Below, in pieces: positions 39,065 to 64,000 of a stretch of DNA of 64,000 nucleotides. Within the stretch, counting starts at the first letter, position 1, and each line of letters starts with the position of its first letter. The notes beneath the pieces were generated by a model. That model did not search any database, had not been told where the DNA came from, and saw only the letters and a list, made by a program, of their open reading frames with translations. Location of the stretch: the NCBI GenBank assembly GCA_963693365.1, contig CAVNZM010000004.1, forward strand, positions 578,448 to 642,447, in the 5' to 3' direction. The position numbers and the translations under genes are program-made. This DNA is from Amoebidium appalachense. Taxonomy: Eukaryota > Protista > Ichthyosporea.

Positions 39065-40386
39065 TCATGTCAAGCCTTGCTTAGTGACATACTGAGGGAA
39101 CTGTGCGTTTTGCAGCACACCCAGATAGGGCTCGAAATTGGACGACGTGAAGCCAACCATACGCGAGGCCGGCTCGACGCTGACCTGGTACTGTGGCAGC
39201 AGTTGGTGTGCTTGGCCATTTACGTTGTAGTTGTATTGCGCCTCGGGCTGTGCAGATGCCGCTGAGGCAGCGGCACTGTACATGTTAGCATTCATGTTTG
39301 TGTTCATGTTGCCGTTCATGTTTGCTCCCATTTGGCTCGAGTAGTATGTGTTTATGTCCCCAAAGCCCTCGATGTTGGCCCGGCCCAGGCCCGTGGCCAG
39401 CCACTCCTGCTCCTGCGGCTGCTGCTTCTGCAGAGGAAACTCGGGCACGGACTCACTGACGGGCATGGTCTGTATCTGTGTCCCGGTGTAGTTGAATATG
39501 CCGGGGTCAGAGTGCGAGCGTGCAGGCTCATAGGACAGCATGGTCTGGCTGCTGTTGTTGGAGGCCGAGTGGAACGACCCGTCCACCATAGTCTGGGACA
39601 GGCAGCCCACACACTCGCAGTCCTCGGGGTGCTGCGGCAGCGCTGCCGTGGTGGTCTGGCGTCGTGCCGGATACTGCACGGTGCCAGCGTGGGCACCGAA
39701 CGAGTTGGGGTTGACCAGCGGCACCTGCGTGTTGGGCGCCAGCGTGCTCGGGGCCAGCACGGCGGCCAGGTCGTAGCCCTTCTCATCCACCGTGTTTTTG
39801 GCCGCAGGGCGCTGCTGCTGCGGGTAGGGCTCACTGGTGGCCCGCTGCCGCTGGCTGTAACTGCTGGTCTGATGGTGGTAGATGTTGCGTAGACGGTCAC
39901 CCATGGCTGCAGGCACTCGGTCACCCGTGGCTGCAGGCACTGAGTCAGCAGAAAGTAGAGATAGTGCTTGGTAATTGCAAGGAGGAGTGGCTGTATATGC
40001 AACTATATCAGTGCTTGGCGCTCACTTGTTTATGTTCCAAAAGAAATGGCGTCGTACGTGAAATCCTGAAGTGTGCATTAACAGAGCTTTTTGTTTTTTC
40101 TTCTTACTAGGTACCCACGATTAGAAAGTATGCACACCACAAACAGAAGTCAAACCAGGAACTCACGTGGTTTGACGTCGTTAGTTTGTGCTTCGCTCGA
40201 GGGCTGGCGTGGCAGCGTAGTCGGTGCAGCCCCGGCCTTATTGTGCCAGTTGTACTCCCCCCCACCCTGCAGAGGGATACTCTTCGCCTCGTCTCCCCTC
40301 CCTGTTTCTAGCACAGACATATATTTTATCACTAGCTTTTTGTGCTCGGCTGGCTCGTAGTATGCACCGTTGTAGTTGGGTCCCAT
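39065..40386 (-). CDS. Hypothetical Q/N/A-rich protein with HxxxCxCxxC motif; main exon 39939-39065, possible upstream exon 40386-40167
   Basis: About 290-codon GC3-rich ORF. A good-context ATG lies at 39904. An upstream ORF (MGPNYNG...DVKP) ends at a C|GTGAGT donor that is in phase with the acceptor at 39940. No family recognised. Confidence 0.6.
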
Positions 40387-43300
40387 TTGTGTCCGTACGT
40401 GTCGGGTCCTGCACACAATAGGTACCTGATTAGACGTGGGCAAAACTCAACACTGCACCAACACAAGATGTGGAAAATTCATCACAGCCTAACGGTTTAC
40501 GGGAGCAAGGGTGGCTTCTTACCATATGTGACGTTCGGTGTTAAACCGCGGGCCTGGCTTTGAGTTGCACAGCATACACGAGAACTTGAGGTGCCCCATG
40601 GTATGGATGGGCAGGGGCCGCCCCTACGTAGTCTGTCTAAACTATACTGCACACAACTAGCTGGCTTTCAGCTGTAAACAGAGTGGAAGATGATCTCCCG
40701 CCTCACTCAAGTTCCTATAGATGCTTCATCAAAAAAGCGCACAATCCTGACTTTGTGTTATTTTGTGTGCTCTTGGCCCGCCGTGGCTATAGACTGTTGT
40801 CATAAAAAGTTTGTGTTTGGCTTGCACCCCTGGCGTGGTCGACCTTCCCTGCCCTTGGTTTAGCTAACCCTACCAAAGATGCCCGTACAAAGTACGCAGA
40901 TAGCCTCGCCCCTGCTATCTGCGTCCCTTCAGCTGTGCCTGGCAGCTGGCTCATCCAAGCTACGGCCTGATAACGGTCACACGCGAAAATCAACGCCCAC
41001 GGTTGCCACGAAGAGCTTCTGGCGGATCTACGGAGGGAAAGGGGCCCCGTTGTGTGTTTGGCTGACTGCTCGCCAAAACCACGGCAGCCGCAGTTATTGG
41101 TCCGTGAAAATGTAGGCGTGGATAGGGGCAAATACCATCAGCGGCGCGACGTAGCAGCTACTAATCCTTAAAAGTAACGTAGAATTGGATTTTTAAAAAA
41201 CTTGAGGTCAAGTTATTATTTTGGATCAAGCTTTATATTATGCTGAGAGCGAAACAGATGCGTCCCGGCGATGTCATTCTCTCGAGGGTCCCACACCGAT
41301 AATTTACCGCGCTCCGTGATTGACATCTTGATTGGCTTGCTTCCTTGTGCACAGAAGCCCTGTGATTGGCCGTGTCGTATGTGCGTTACTTTTTCACTTC
41401 AGGGCGCTGAGCAAAGAATTCCATTTTTCTTCTGTAACCGGCGACTAAAGGCTATTTTTTTATTAAAAAAAACCTCATATTTCTGACTAATAATAGTTTT
41501 TATGATCAAATATTTCAGTATACATATAGATAACGAATTTTGAATTCGGAGATCGTGCCATGGCAGCCATGCCATGTACCACAGCTTCACTCAGTCTGTC
41601 AGCTTGTGTACGATCTTGGGAGTTTGGGGGGATCCGACCTTCCGTCAAGCTACATTATTAACATTAACATAATTGAAATCCATTGCAAGGTGGCCGCAAA
41701 CTTTTTGCTATTCTACAGATAAATATTGAAACCCATGGCTTTGAACATTAAAGAAAAAGTCTGTATAGATGTAGACCTGTTTATCAAACATCAAATTTGT
41801 TTGATCCGGCAATATCTTCGAAATGCGTAGGTGCATATCCTTCTTGCCATTGGTCAATATTTTCTTAGCATTGGCACCTTTGGCAGATGAAAAGAATTCA
41901 GGCTGCACGGAGTCGGAGGACGGCGGTGACCACTGACTTGAGTCGACGTCTGTCCCGCTGTGGCCGGTGAACCGGCGTCAACTATATGTGTATATTATAT
42001 ATTAATTCACAGCAAGACACGTGCGCCTGGCAATATTGTATGCGGCTGTGCACAGTGACATGACGTCGCGCGCACTGCAGTCTGCGCGGCGCATCATCCT
42101 TTCGAAGACGTCAACATGGCACCATGCATGCGTACACCTCTTGGAATGCAGATCGGCGACGTGCCTACGGTACCATTACCGGCGAATTCCTTACGCTTCC
42201 TCTGGGCCTGGGCCAGCCGGACACTTGAATAGCTGTGGCTCTATTTTCAACCTTATTGGGGAAAAAATGCTAATCCAAACTTTGACTGCTGTGACCTGCC
42301 AGGTCTCTTTCGAGAGACCGACTCACATCCTGAGTCAACATGCAGTCGTGTGTACACATTGATGTATTGTTGGATGATCGAGGCCATTGTGTGCGACAAG
42401 CGATTGGCTAGATATCATACAAATGCGATTCCGCATTGCTTTTGGTAAACTTGATTGGTTGTTCATGAAGCGCAAGAAACGCTATATAATTGGTTCAAGT
42501 TACCCAAATACTGTCTTTGTGATCCCCGTAGATGATGCTGGATAACCATTGTAATTTGTGAGGGGCTTTTGATGGGCTGGTCATATATCATTCTTCACAG
42601 TGACGCAAGCTGTTCAATCAGATCCGCGATTGGTAGAGACTGGTGCAAAATGTTTGATCAGATCAGCCGACAGCTGCCTCTAATAAACAGTATACTAGAT
42701 CTGGTACTACCGAAAACACGTAAGGCATAAAAAACCGCAAACAGGAATTTCAAGAAAGCCAAAAAATAACAAACAAACATTATACTTCAAGGTAAACTAC
42801 AAATATTGGGGTACTCTCTACGTTTTTACTATTTTTTCTCATTTTTTGATTAATTCTAGCTATAGGTCTTATGATCAGATTGATCATGTTTTGCTACAGC
42901 CATGCGAGCTCAGAAGAAAATCTTGCTTGCTCTCCTTTCTGCAGAAATTTTAAACAGGGATTGCATTCAACTAAAAATATTTGCTAAAAACGTCAGTTTT
43001 AATGCACCAACCAGAGCTGTGTGTTTGTCTATAAGCCTTGAGTAACCCTACTTACAACCTAACGGTTGCTTTTGGTTGCCTCTTGCCGCTCCAAGTCACG
43101 CAAGCTTCAGATCCCGTAGATCAGGGTTCGACTCGGATCACCTCGCGGAACCCTGAGCCGCGGCGCCGCTTCAATTACCCAAGAGCTATTTTTCTTTTTC
43201 TTTTTAGTTACATTCGTATCTAAGATATAATTATATTATATATGCATCTTTACGTAATTAATGATTAAGCTAAAGTACTGTATAATGAAACCTTTCGTGA

Positions 43301-43746
43301 GCAAGCTTTAGAGGCTTGATACTAACAATAGGTATACTTGATTTTCCAGTATAAGTAAAAACAAATCGGAAATCTACTATATCCCAGTCCCAAATGTTTT
43401 ATTCAACAGATCGTTTGTTGGCCAATCGCGTACCAATATTCATGCTTTAATGCCCTTTTTAAAGTTTATTCAATCTGGAGATTTTTGCCGAAGTCTAATT
43501 AGGCGGCTGGCGTCCGTTGCGGGGCCCTATAATTATAGATGCCCACTGTGCTTCAGGGGTGAAGAGCTGGAATATGCCATTATTATCTTATCGAAATGAC
43601 CTTATGTATCCGAGGGACTGATCCAAATAAAGATAGTGGTGCACGGTCTGCGCAAGGATTCAAAACTTAATATTTGCACTTTATGCACCTTCAGAGGTTT
43701 CCGTATTTCCAAGAAGTTATCTGTCATGTATCTATATCAATCAACC

Positions 43747-43788
<42 letters not shown>

Positions 43789-44013
43789 CCCCCCCCCCGC
43801 CCGAGGGCCATGCCACACATGCATGTGTATACATGGTTCGGTTTACACGGCCTATGTGTACGTATGTAAACGTAGGCGTACACGTGTACACACACACACC
43901 GGTGCACACACACACACACACACACATACAAACACACACATTTCACACACACACACCACACACACACACGTACATACGTACACATACTGTACAGACACAC
44001 ACGTACACACACG

Positions 44014-44054
<41 letters not shown>

Positions 44055-44868
44055 TACATAGTAAATGTGACGCCGTGATATATCCACATGTACAATCTCA
44101 CTCATCTCACCTCCCCCGGCCCATGCCCATGTATTTCGACGCACGCGTCACGTGTGCATCCATATATATGCACTCATGCATTGAGAATTCGAAGTGCCGC
44201 GTGAGTCGTCATGATCTGAGGACGTCAGCGACGCGTCAAGTGCACTTTTCCGTCCTCGAACTGTCACAGCCCCATGTGCACTGGCATATGCAGCCTGGGC
44301 CCTAGCCCCTAGGGCCAGCGGCCCCGCACCTTGATGATGGCCCCCGTAACAGTTTTTTTTTTTTTTTTTTTTTGTGGTGGTATTTTCCTGCGTGACCCTA
44401 GTTACTGTCACAGCATATGACGTCGACGTTGCAATCGGCATGCCTACAAATTGTACACACAGCAAATACCTCCTACTAACATATATTCACATGTAATAGA
44501 TAGAGTGCGAAGAGTCTGTTTATTATACCTATGTGCATACAGTGTGCACGTGTATGGTGCGTGCGACACACGTGATTTGGCCAATAATATAAGTCCGGAT
44601 CACTGAGTTGTATCTGCCTCACGTGCACGTCGTGCCGTTGCTACATATCATTGGGAGGTTGCATCTAGGTTCCATCAAAATTTCGTAAATTTGCCTGGGA
44701 TAGAACTATGGGGTTTATGCTGTATGATAATGCTTGGGGGAATTCCCATCGACTTAAAGATGGAAAACTCGTAGAGACCGAGGGAGGTGAAAAGTCCTGA
44801 GGGGTATGGGAGTAGTTGTCCTTGCCCGTGTGTGTGTGTGAGTGTGTGTGTGTGTGTGTGTGCGTGTG

Positions 44869-44943
<75 letters not shown>

Positions 44944-45049
44944 ATGTGTGTGTATCTTTTTTTTTTTTTTTTTTTTTGGGGGGGGGGGGAGGGGTCACTT
45001 TATGGGTATGGTGCTTATGTATTGGTGGGGGACACATGCAGACCGTGGG

Positions 45050-58329
<13,280 letters not shown>

Positions 58330-58969
58330 GGCTGCACCAACCAGTGCACGCACAAAAACTACGCACGTGTTTGGGGTGCCTTGCTCGTGTTGTGCCACCC
58401 CTCTCCGCTATAAACGTGAGACTGACCGACCCTCAGAAACGTCCGACTGGCCATAGACGAGTGACGAGAACGGCACGCGCACGGACGGGCCCGGAAAAGA
58501 GACCGGAACCGAGAACACCGTGAGCCAAGTGGTGCCGGCCGATCCAATCAGCATGCCAAACATCTTGGATCTATTTGAGATCCAGTAATGCACACGTGAC
58601 ACATGGATGCACGTGCCACGTGGCCCAAGCAGTTGCTATGACTGTACGATAGCTCTATAACTTACGTGGCACACGTGTGCATTTAGATGCACTGTGAGTG
58701 GTTTATTTGCAGGCACAAAGGGCCACCAGCCACAGGCCAGAGCCAGTCCCTCCCCAGATGGCAACAGCACACCCACCACGTGTGCACACCATGTACAAAG
58801 CACGTGCACACGCTGGTGTGCTGTGAAGGGTACAGTGCGCAGCATGAAATGAATACGAGCATTAGACATTCTCTACAACAAATATACGCCTGGTGTTTGT
58901 GCTGCTGTGTGTTGCGCTAAGGCCTCACACCCTACACCTCTACCTAATGTGATCACCCCCCTCCCCCCC

Positions 58970-59319
58970 TCATGCCCGCTGCAGGGAGGATGCCGCACAG
59001 TGTGCGCCCAGCAGGGCCAGGGCCTGTTCGGTTTCCAGCCGTGCACGTGCATCGTCCAGCCACGACTGCGCCACGGCACGAGGCCAGCCCCGCAGCTTGT
59101 TAATTTCCCGTGTGGCCTGCAGACGACACGTGTCAGAATACCACGGAACATTGGGGTTGTGGTGGTGGAGGAGAGCCGGGGGATGCGTGGGGTACCGGTG
59201 GGGGGTGGATGGAAAGGGGAAAGAGAGGGGGGAGGGGGGGGGGGGGGGAATGAGTTGCTCTAGGGAAGGTAGGGGGATTGTGGTGGTGTTTTTTTTGTGT
59301 TTTTTTTTTTGTGTGTGTT

Positions 59320-59350
<31 letters not shown>

Positions 59351-59991
59351 AGAGAGGGGGAGTAATGGCGGTGGTTTGAGATGGAGACGTGTGTGGGTGG
59401 AACGGGCACGGGCAAGGCGTCCGTGTATGTGTTTGTGGGTGTGTGGGTGTGCAAGCGTCGCATGCATGTGCATGTGTGTACATGTGCATGTGTGCCCCTC
59501 TTCAACGCACCTCCTCCAGGTCCCCCTTTGCCATGTGCTGCTCAGCCAAGGCCACAATCTGGTCGGCCTGCTCGTGCGTCGTCGGCCCCTCACCAAGCCC
59601 AAGCACCTGCAGGGCATGTGTGAGCACACATGACATAGCATGTGTGTGCGCGCGTTGGGCACACCGTAGAGCACGGACACGTGTCACCATGCGCACAAAG
59701 GACACACCGGGTCTGTGTATGTGTGCGCATACAAGGAATGTGTGTGTGTGTGTGTGTGGTGTGTGCATACATGTTACAAGGGACTGAACGCGGGTGAGCA
59801 TACACGTCAGGAGCATGTGAATCCATATGGATTGTGTGCGTGTGTGTGCATACATGCATAGAAATGTGTATTTGTAGCTGGAAGGGGCGTGTAACCATGT
59901 GTTTGACCCGGGCCAATCTCAATGTGCGGCACACATATACCAGAGTGCATGATCAAGCTTACATTTCAGCCTGGCTCCGGTCTGTATGTTG

Positions 59992-60027
<36 letters not shown>

Positions 60028-61654
60028 ATAAACCTCTGCAGGGAATCTGCGGAAGGTGAACTTGTCGACCACGGATGCCACGATGTAGGCGCCAAACCTG
60101 CCGCCATCAGCAGGCAGCAATGCAGCCCTACGTGCCTCCCTGCGCACAGTCGACAGGCGCTGCTGCAGCTCACCGTGACTCACGAGGCCTGGGGGGGAAG
60201 GGTGAGTGGGGCATGATTGGTGGAGCCGAAAAAAGAACACCGTGTGCTGCATGTGTTCAAACCACACCGAGTATGCAACATAACAAAAGCAACAAGGACA
60301 CGGTTCACCACATGCAGCTGTACCGCACGTCATACTAATCAGCCACCCATCTAGTGTAGTTCGTGTGCAGGTAGAAGGAAGGATGAACACAACCCCATAC
60401 AAGCAGTCAATCAAGTCACACACTTACCCCTAGCATTTACACCAAATCCCACAAAACCCTCACATACCACTCCGTACCACCCACAAGCACCCATCCCATC
60501 TTCCCCCTCCCCTCCCCCCTCCCTCCCCCCCCCCCCCCCCCTCCTCCTCCCCCTAACGTCTACTGCCACCTTCCCTGAGGGACACAGACACAGACACAAA
60601 TGCAGGCACATGCACAGACACATGCACATGCACGTACCCCTATCAAACACTGCCTGTGGCAGGTTCTCCACTGCCAGCTGCACCAGGGGGTCATCGTCCC
60701 TCTTTGCCAGCTGGCTGCGGCTGACAGCAAGGGGCTGTCCACTCTGAACGCTGGCCTCTGTGCAGTTCACTTGTCAGCACCAAATCCGACAAACAACACA
60801 CCCAAATGCACACATATACACATGCACAGACCCAAGCACCAACAGGCATACACACAAATGCACGGTACTCGTATACATCGCATGCACACACACAAATGCA
60901 CAGTACTCGTACACATCACATGCAGACACAAAAATGCACAGTACTCGTATACATCACAGCACACACACAATTGCACAGTGCTCGTATACATCACATACAC
61001 ACACACAAATGCACAGTCGTATGCATCACATGCACACACAAAAATGCACAGTGTATGCATCACATGCACACACAAAAATGCACACACACAAATGCACAGT
61101 ACTCGTATACATCACATGCAGACACAAAAATGCACACACACAAATGCATAGTACTCGTATACATCACATGCAGACACAAAAATCCACACACACAAGTGCA
61201 CAGTACTCGTATTCATCACTTGCACACACAAAAATGCACACACACAAATGCACAGTACTCGTATACATCACATGCACATACAAAAATGCACACACACAAA
61301 TGCATAGTACTCGTATACATCACATGCACACAAAAAAATGCACAGTACTCGTATACATCACATGCAAGCATGTACATCACATGGACACAAAAAAATGCAC
61401 AGTACTCGTATACATCACATGCAAGCATGGATAGCACAAGATCTATACAGATGCACTCACATACACTACATGCACTTCGGTACCATCCATACGTTTCTTA
61501 CGCATTTGCACGAAAATCTGCAGATCCACACATGTACCCGCTTGTTCACTTACCCCCCTCCCCCCCTCTCCCATCCCTCCCATCCTGCCCCCCCCCCCCA
61601 CACACACACCTTATCTCCCCTCCCCCCCCTTCCCCCTCCCCCCACCCCCCCGAC

Positions 61655-61715
<61 letters not shown>

Positions 61716-62390
61716 CAGGCCATGTGGGCACACGTGCCAGCAACCGGACAGACACACCCAGAACATCATCAACTATGTTTGCTGATGATTTTATTCTTCC
61801 GAGTCTGTGCTCTTTCACTTCTTGGCTTCCCCATCCCCCCTCCCCCCCCCCCCCCTCCCCCCCCCCCCCCTCCCCCTTTTTGCATCCTCCCTGCCTACAA
61901 AGCCACACACACAACACCCCAGTTTCCTGTGTATGCATTCGTTCCCACCCCTTGTTTGCACGGCTTGATGTGCGCTGAGTACATGCAGACGTGTTGGTGA
62001 CGGTAAGGTGGAAATCGAGATAAGCAGCAAGCAATACGACATGTGGGGGTGCACGTATACCGAGCAGTGCCCGTGTGGCCCATAGGCGGTGTGTGCGCCT
62101 GTCTTCACTGTGCACTTTCGCATGCGCCTGCAGCAGTCTCTCGATGTCCTGCAAACAGCCAATCAGAACACAACAAAAAAAATATAAACCATATTCCCCT
62201 CGCCTTTCACAATATCGTTGGACCCACGACAGAACCCCTTCTTCACACCCCCTCCCAAATCCCCAATCCCATACCCCCACACTCCTCTTCCCATCCTCTT
62301 CCTCCTTCCCCACTCCACCCCCCAGCACACACACCGATCTTTTCTTTGATGTCCTCCTGCCTCGTGAAACCTGTCCCCCCCCCCCCCCCC

Positions 62391-62436
<46 letters not shown>

Positions 62437-62460
62437 TGCATGCATGTGTGTTTGCGTGTG

Positions 62461-62500
<40 letters not shown>

Positions 62501-62562
62501 TGTGTGTGTGCATAAGCGCGCATGCGTGCGTGAATGTGTGTTCAGTGTGTGTGTGCCCCTGT

Positions 62563-62598
<36 letters not shown>

Positions 62599-63536
62599 TA
62601 TGTATTTATGTGCATGTGTGTCTGCCTATCTGTGTGTGTGTATGTATTTATGTGCATGTGTGTCTGCCTATCTGTGTGTGTGTGTGTGTATGTATTTATG
62701 TGCATGTGTGTCTCCCTATCTGTGTGTATGTATGTATTTATGTGCATGTGTGTCTGCCTATCTGTGTGTGTGTGTGTATGTATGTATTTATGTGCATGTG
62801 TGTCTGCCTATCTGTGTGTGTTTATGTATTTATGTGCATGTGTGTCTGCCTATCTGTGTGTGTGTGTGTGTGTATGTGTTTATGTGCATGTGTGTCTGCC
62901 TATCTGTGTGTGTGTATGTATTTATGTGCATGTGTGTCTGCCTATCTGTGTGTGTGTGTGTGTATGTATTTATGTGCATGTGTGTCTGCCTATCTGTGTG
63001 TGTGTGTGTGTGTATGTATTTATGTGCATGTGTGTCTGCCTATCTGTGTGTGTGTGTGGTGTGCACGTGTGGCTGTGGCTGCACGTGGCGCACCTTGAGG
63101 CGCAGATAGAGCTCCTGCAGCACCTTTGCCCTCTCGGCCCTCTCCCGCCCCACCTTGATTGCAACCGCACGCCGACCCGCTGTGCCCACCAAATCAGAAC
63201 CCAGCACACATTACGTGCATGCACACCATCCCACGGTGTGTAAAAGCATTACTCCATCACAACAAAAAGAAGCACAGGTGAGTGCACAGGCACGATGTGT
63301 GTGTCTGTATGCATGCTGGACACGTGCAACAAACAATCAGCTTGCTCGTGCACAGGCATTTGCGTGCGAGAAAATGCGCGAGAAACCCTTCCTCCTCAGC
63401 CCCGACCGTCTCCCATCCAAATTTATCCAGAAAAGACCGTTCACACGCATGCAACTACTACAATCCACCCGCATCTCTGCCCAACACCCACACACATGCA
63501 CACACTCTCAACCGCCACCACACACGCACGCACACA

Positions 63537-63568
<32 letters not shown>

Positions 63569-63596
63569 TGCACGCACGCACGCACGCACGCACACA

Positions 63597-63680
<84 letters not shown>

Positions 63681-63740
63681 CGAATGCACGCACGAATGCA
63701 CGCACGAATGCACGCACGAATGCACGCACGCACGAATGCA

Positions 63741-63819
<79 letters not shown>

Positions 63820-64000
63820 CACACACACACACACACACCGTCGAAGTGCTTCTGGACCTCCTCTGCCAGGCGGTGGCGGTAGTATTCCTCGTGCAGGCGC
63901 TCCAGACGCCGCTGGCTGGCTAGCAGCTCCTCGTTGTGCTGCAGCCATCCAATCAGAACAGTGCATAGCACGCAACAGGTGACAACCAGCTAATCAGAAC
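58970..64000 (-). CDS. MIC60: MICOS subunit MIC60/mitofilin, 3' exons (5' part outside the window)
   Basis: Exons encode RERAERAKVLQELYLRLK, THRLWAT, DDPLVQLAVENLPQAVFDRG, LQQRLSTVRREARRAALLPADGG and IVALAEQHMAKGDLEE/ATREINKLRGWPRAVAQSWLDDARARLETEQAL, which is the mitofilin C-terminal signature. Confidence 0.88.
60855..61430. repeat. Intronic minisatellite with core TGCACAGTACTCGTATACATCACATGCA (about 11 units of 40-57 bp)
   Basis: Direct reading. It generates the spurious His-rich ORFs at 60600-61978. Confidence 0.88.
62597..63057. repeat. Intronic minisatellite: constant TATTTATGTGCATGTGTGTCTGCCTATC core separated by variable (TG)n, about 10 units
   Basis: Direct reading. Confidence 0.9.
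63520..63837. repeat. (GCAC)n plus (CA)n microsatellite in a MIC60 intron
   Basis: Direct reading. Confidence 0.92.

Noticed and set aside
41550-41990. Exon-like minus-strand segments (QPEFFSSAKG...)
   Set aside because: The splice phases lead to early stops, so the evidence is insufficient for a CDS call.
60600-61978. Long His/Cys-rich ORFs (224-390 aa) resembling zinc-finger proteins
   Set aside because: They are translations of a minisatellite antisense to a MIC60 intron and are open in several frames.
62597-63057. CRISPR-like array
   Set aside because: The spacers are just (TG)n, the context is a eukaryotic intron, and there are no cas genes.

Overview
Intron-rich eukaryotic genomic DNA. 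Splice sites are GT-AG with CTRAY branch points close to the acceptors. The protein sequences are compatible with an opisthokont protist or fungus-like lineage, but the taxon cannot be determined from this window. Introns are packed with poly-G/poly-C tracts and (CA)/(TG) microsatellites, which account for most ORFs in the supplied track. Real content from left to right: the 5' end of a Ty1/copia LTR retrotransposon (LTR, PBS, gag; minus strand); a putative small 3-exon orphan gene; a 3' fragment of a non-LTR retroelement head-to-head with a related intact RT ORF that has no endonuclease; GAPDH (4 exons); an orphan subtilase terminal exon; a bacterial-type hybrid peroxiredoxin-glutaredoxin (PGdx) with 3 spliceosomal introns; an intronless OFA-like MFS transporter; UPF1 (14 exons); a Q/N-rich unknown gene; a TruD/PUS7-family pseudouridine synthase (16 exons located, at least one more likely); and the 3' part of MIC60/mitofilin. 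The most interesting observations are the intron-bearing bacterial PGdx (probable HGT), the microsatellite-associated endonuclease-less LINE-like pair with a shared 3' tail motif, a highly structured 453-bp tandem unit inside the intron that splits the PUS7 catalytic motif, a minisatellite built from copies of a splice donor, and (CA)n/poly-C tracts in place of polypyrimidine tracts. Exon coordinates were read by hand and homopolymer lengths may be assembly-inflated.
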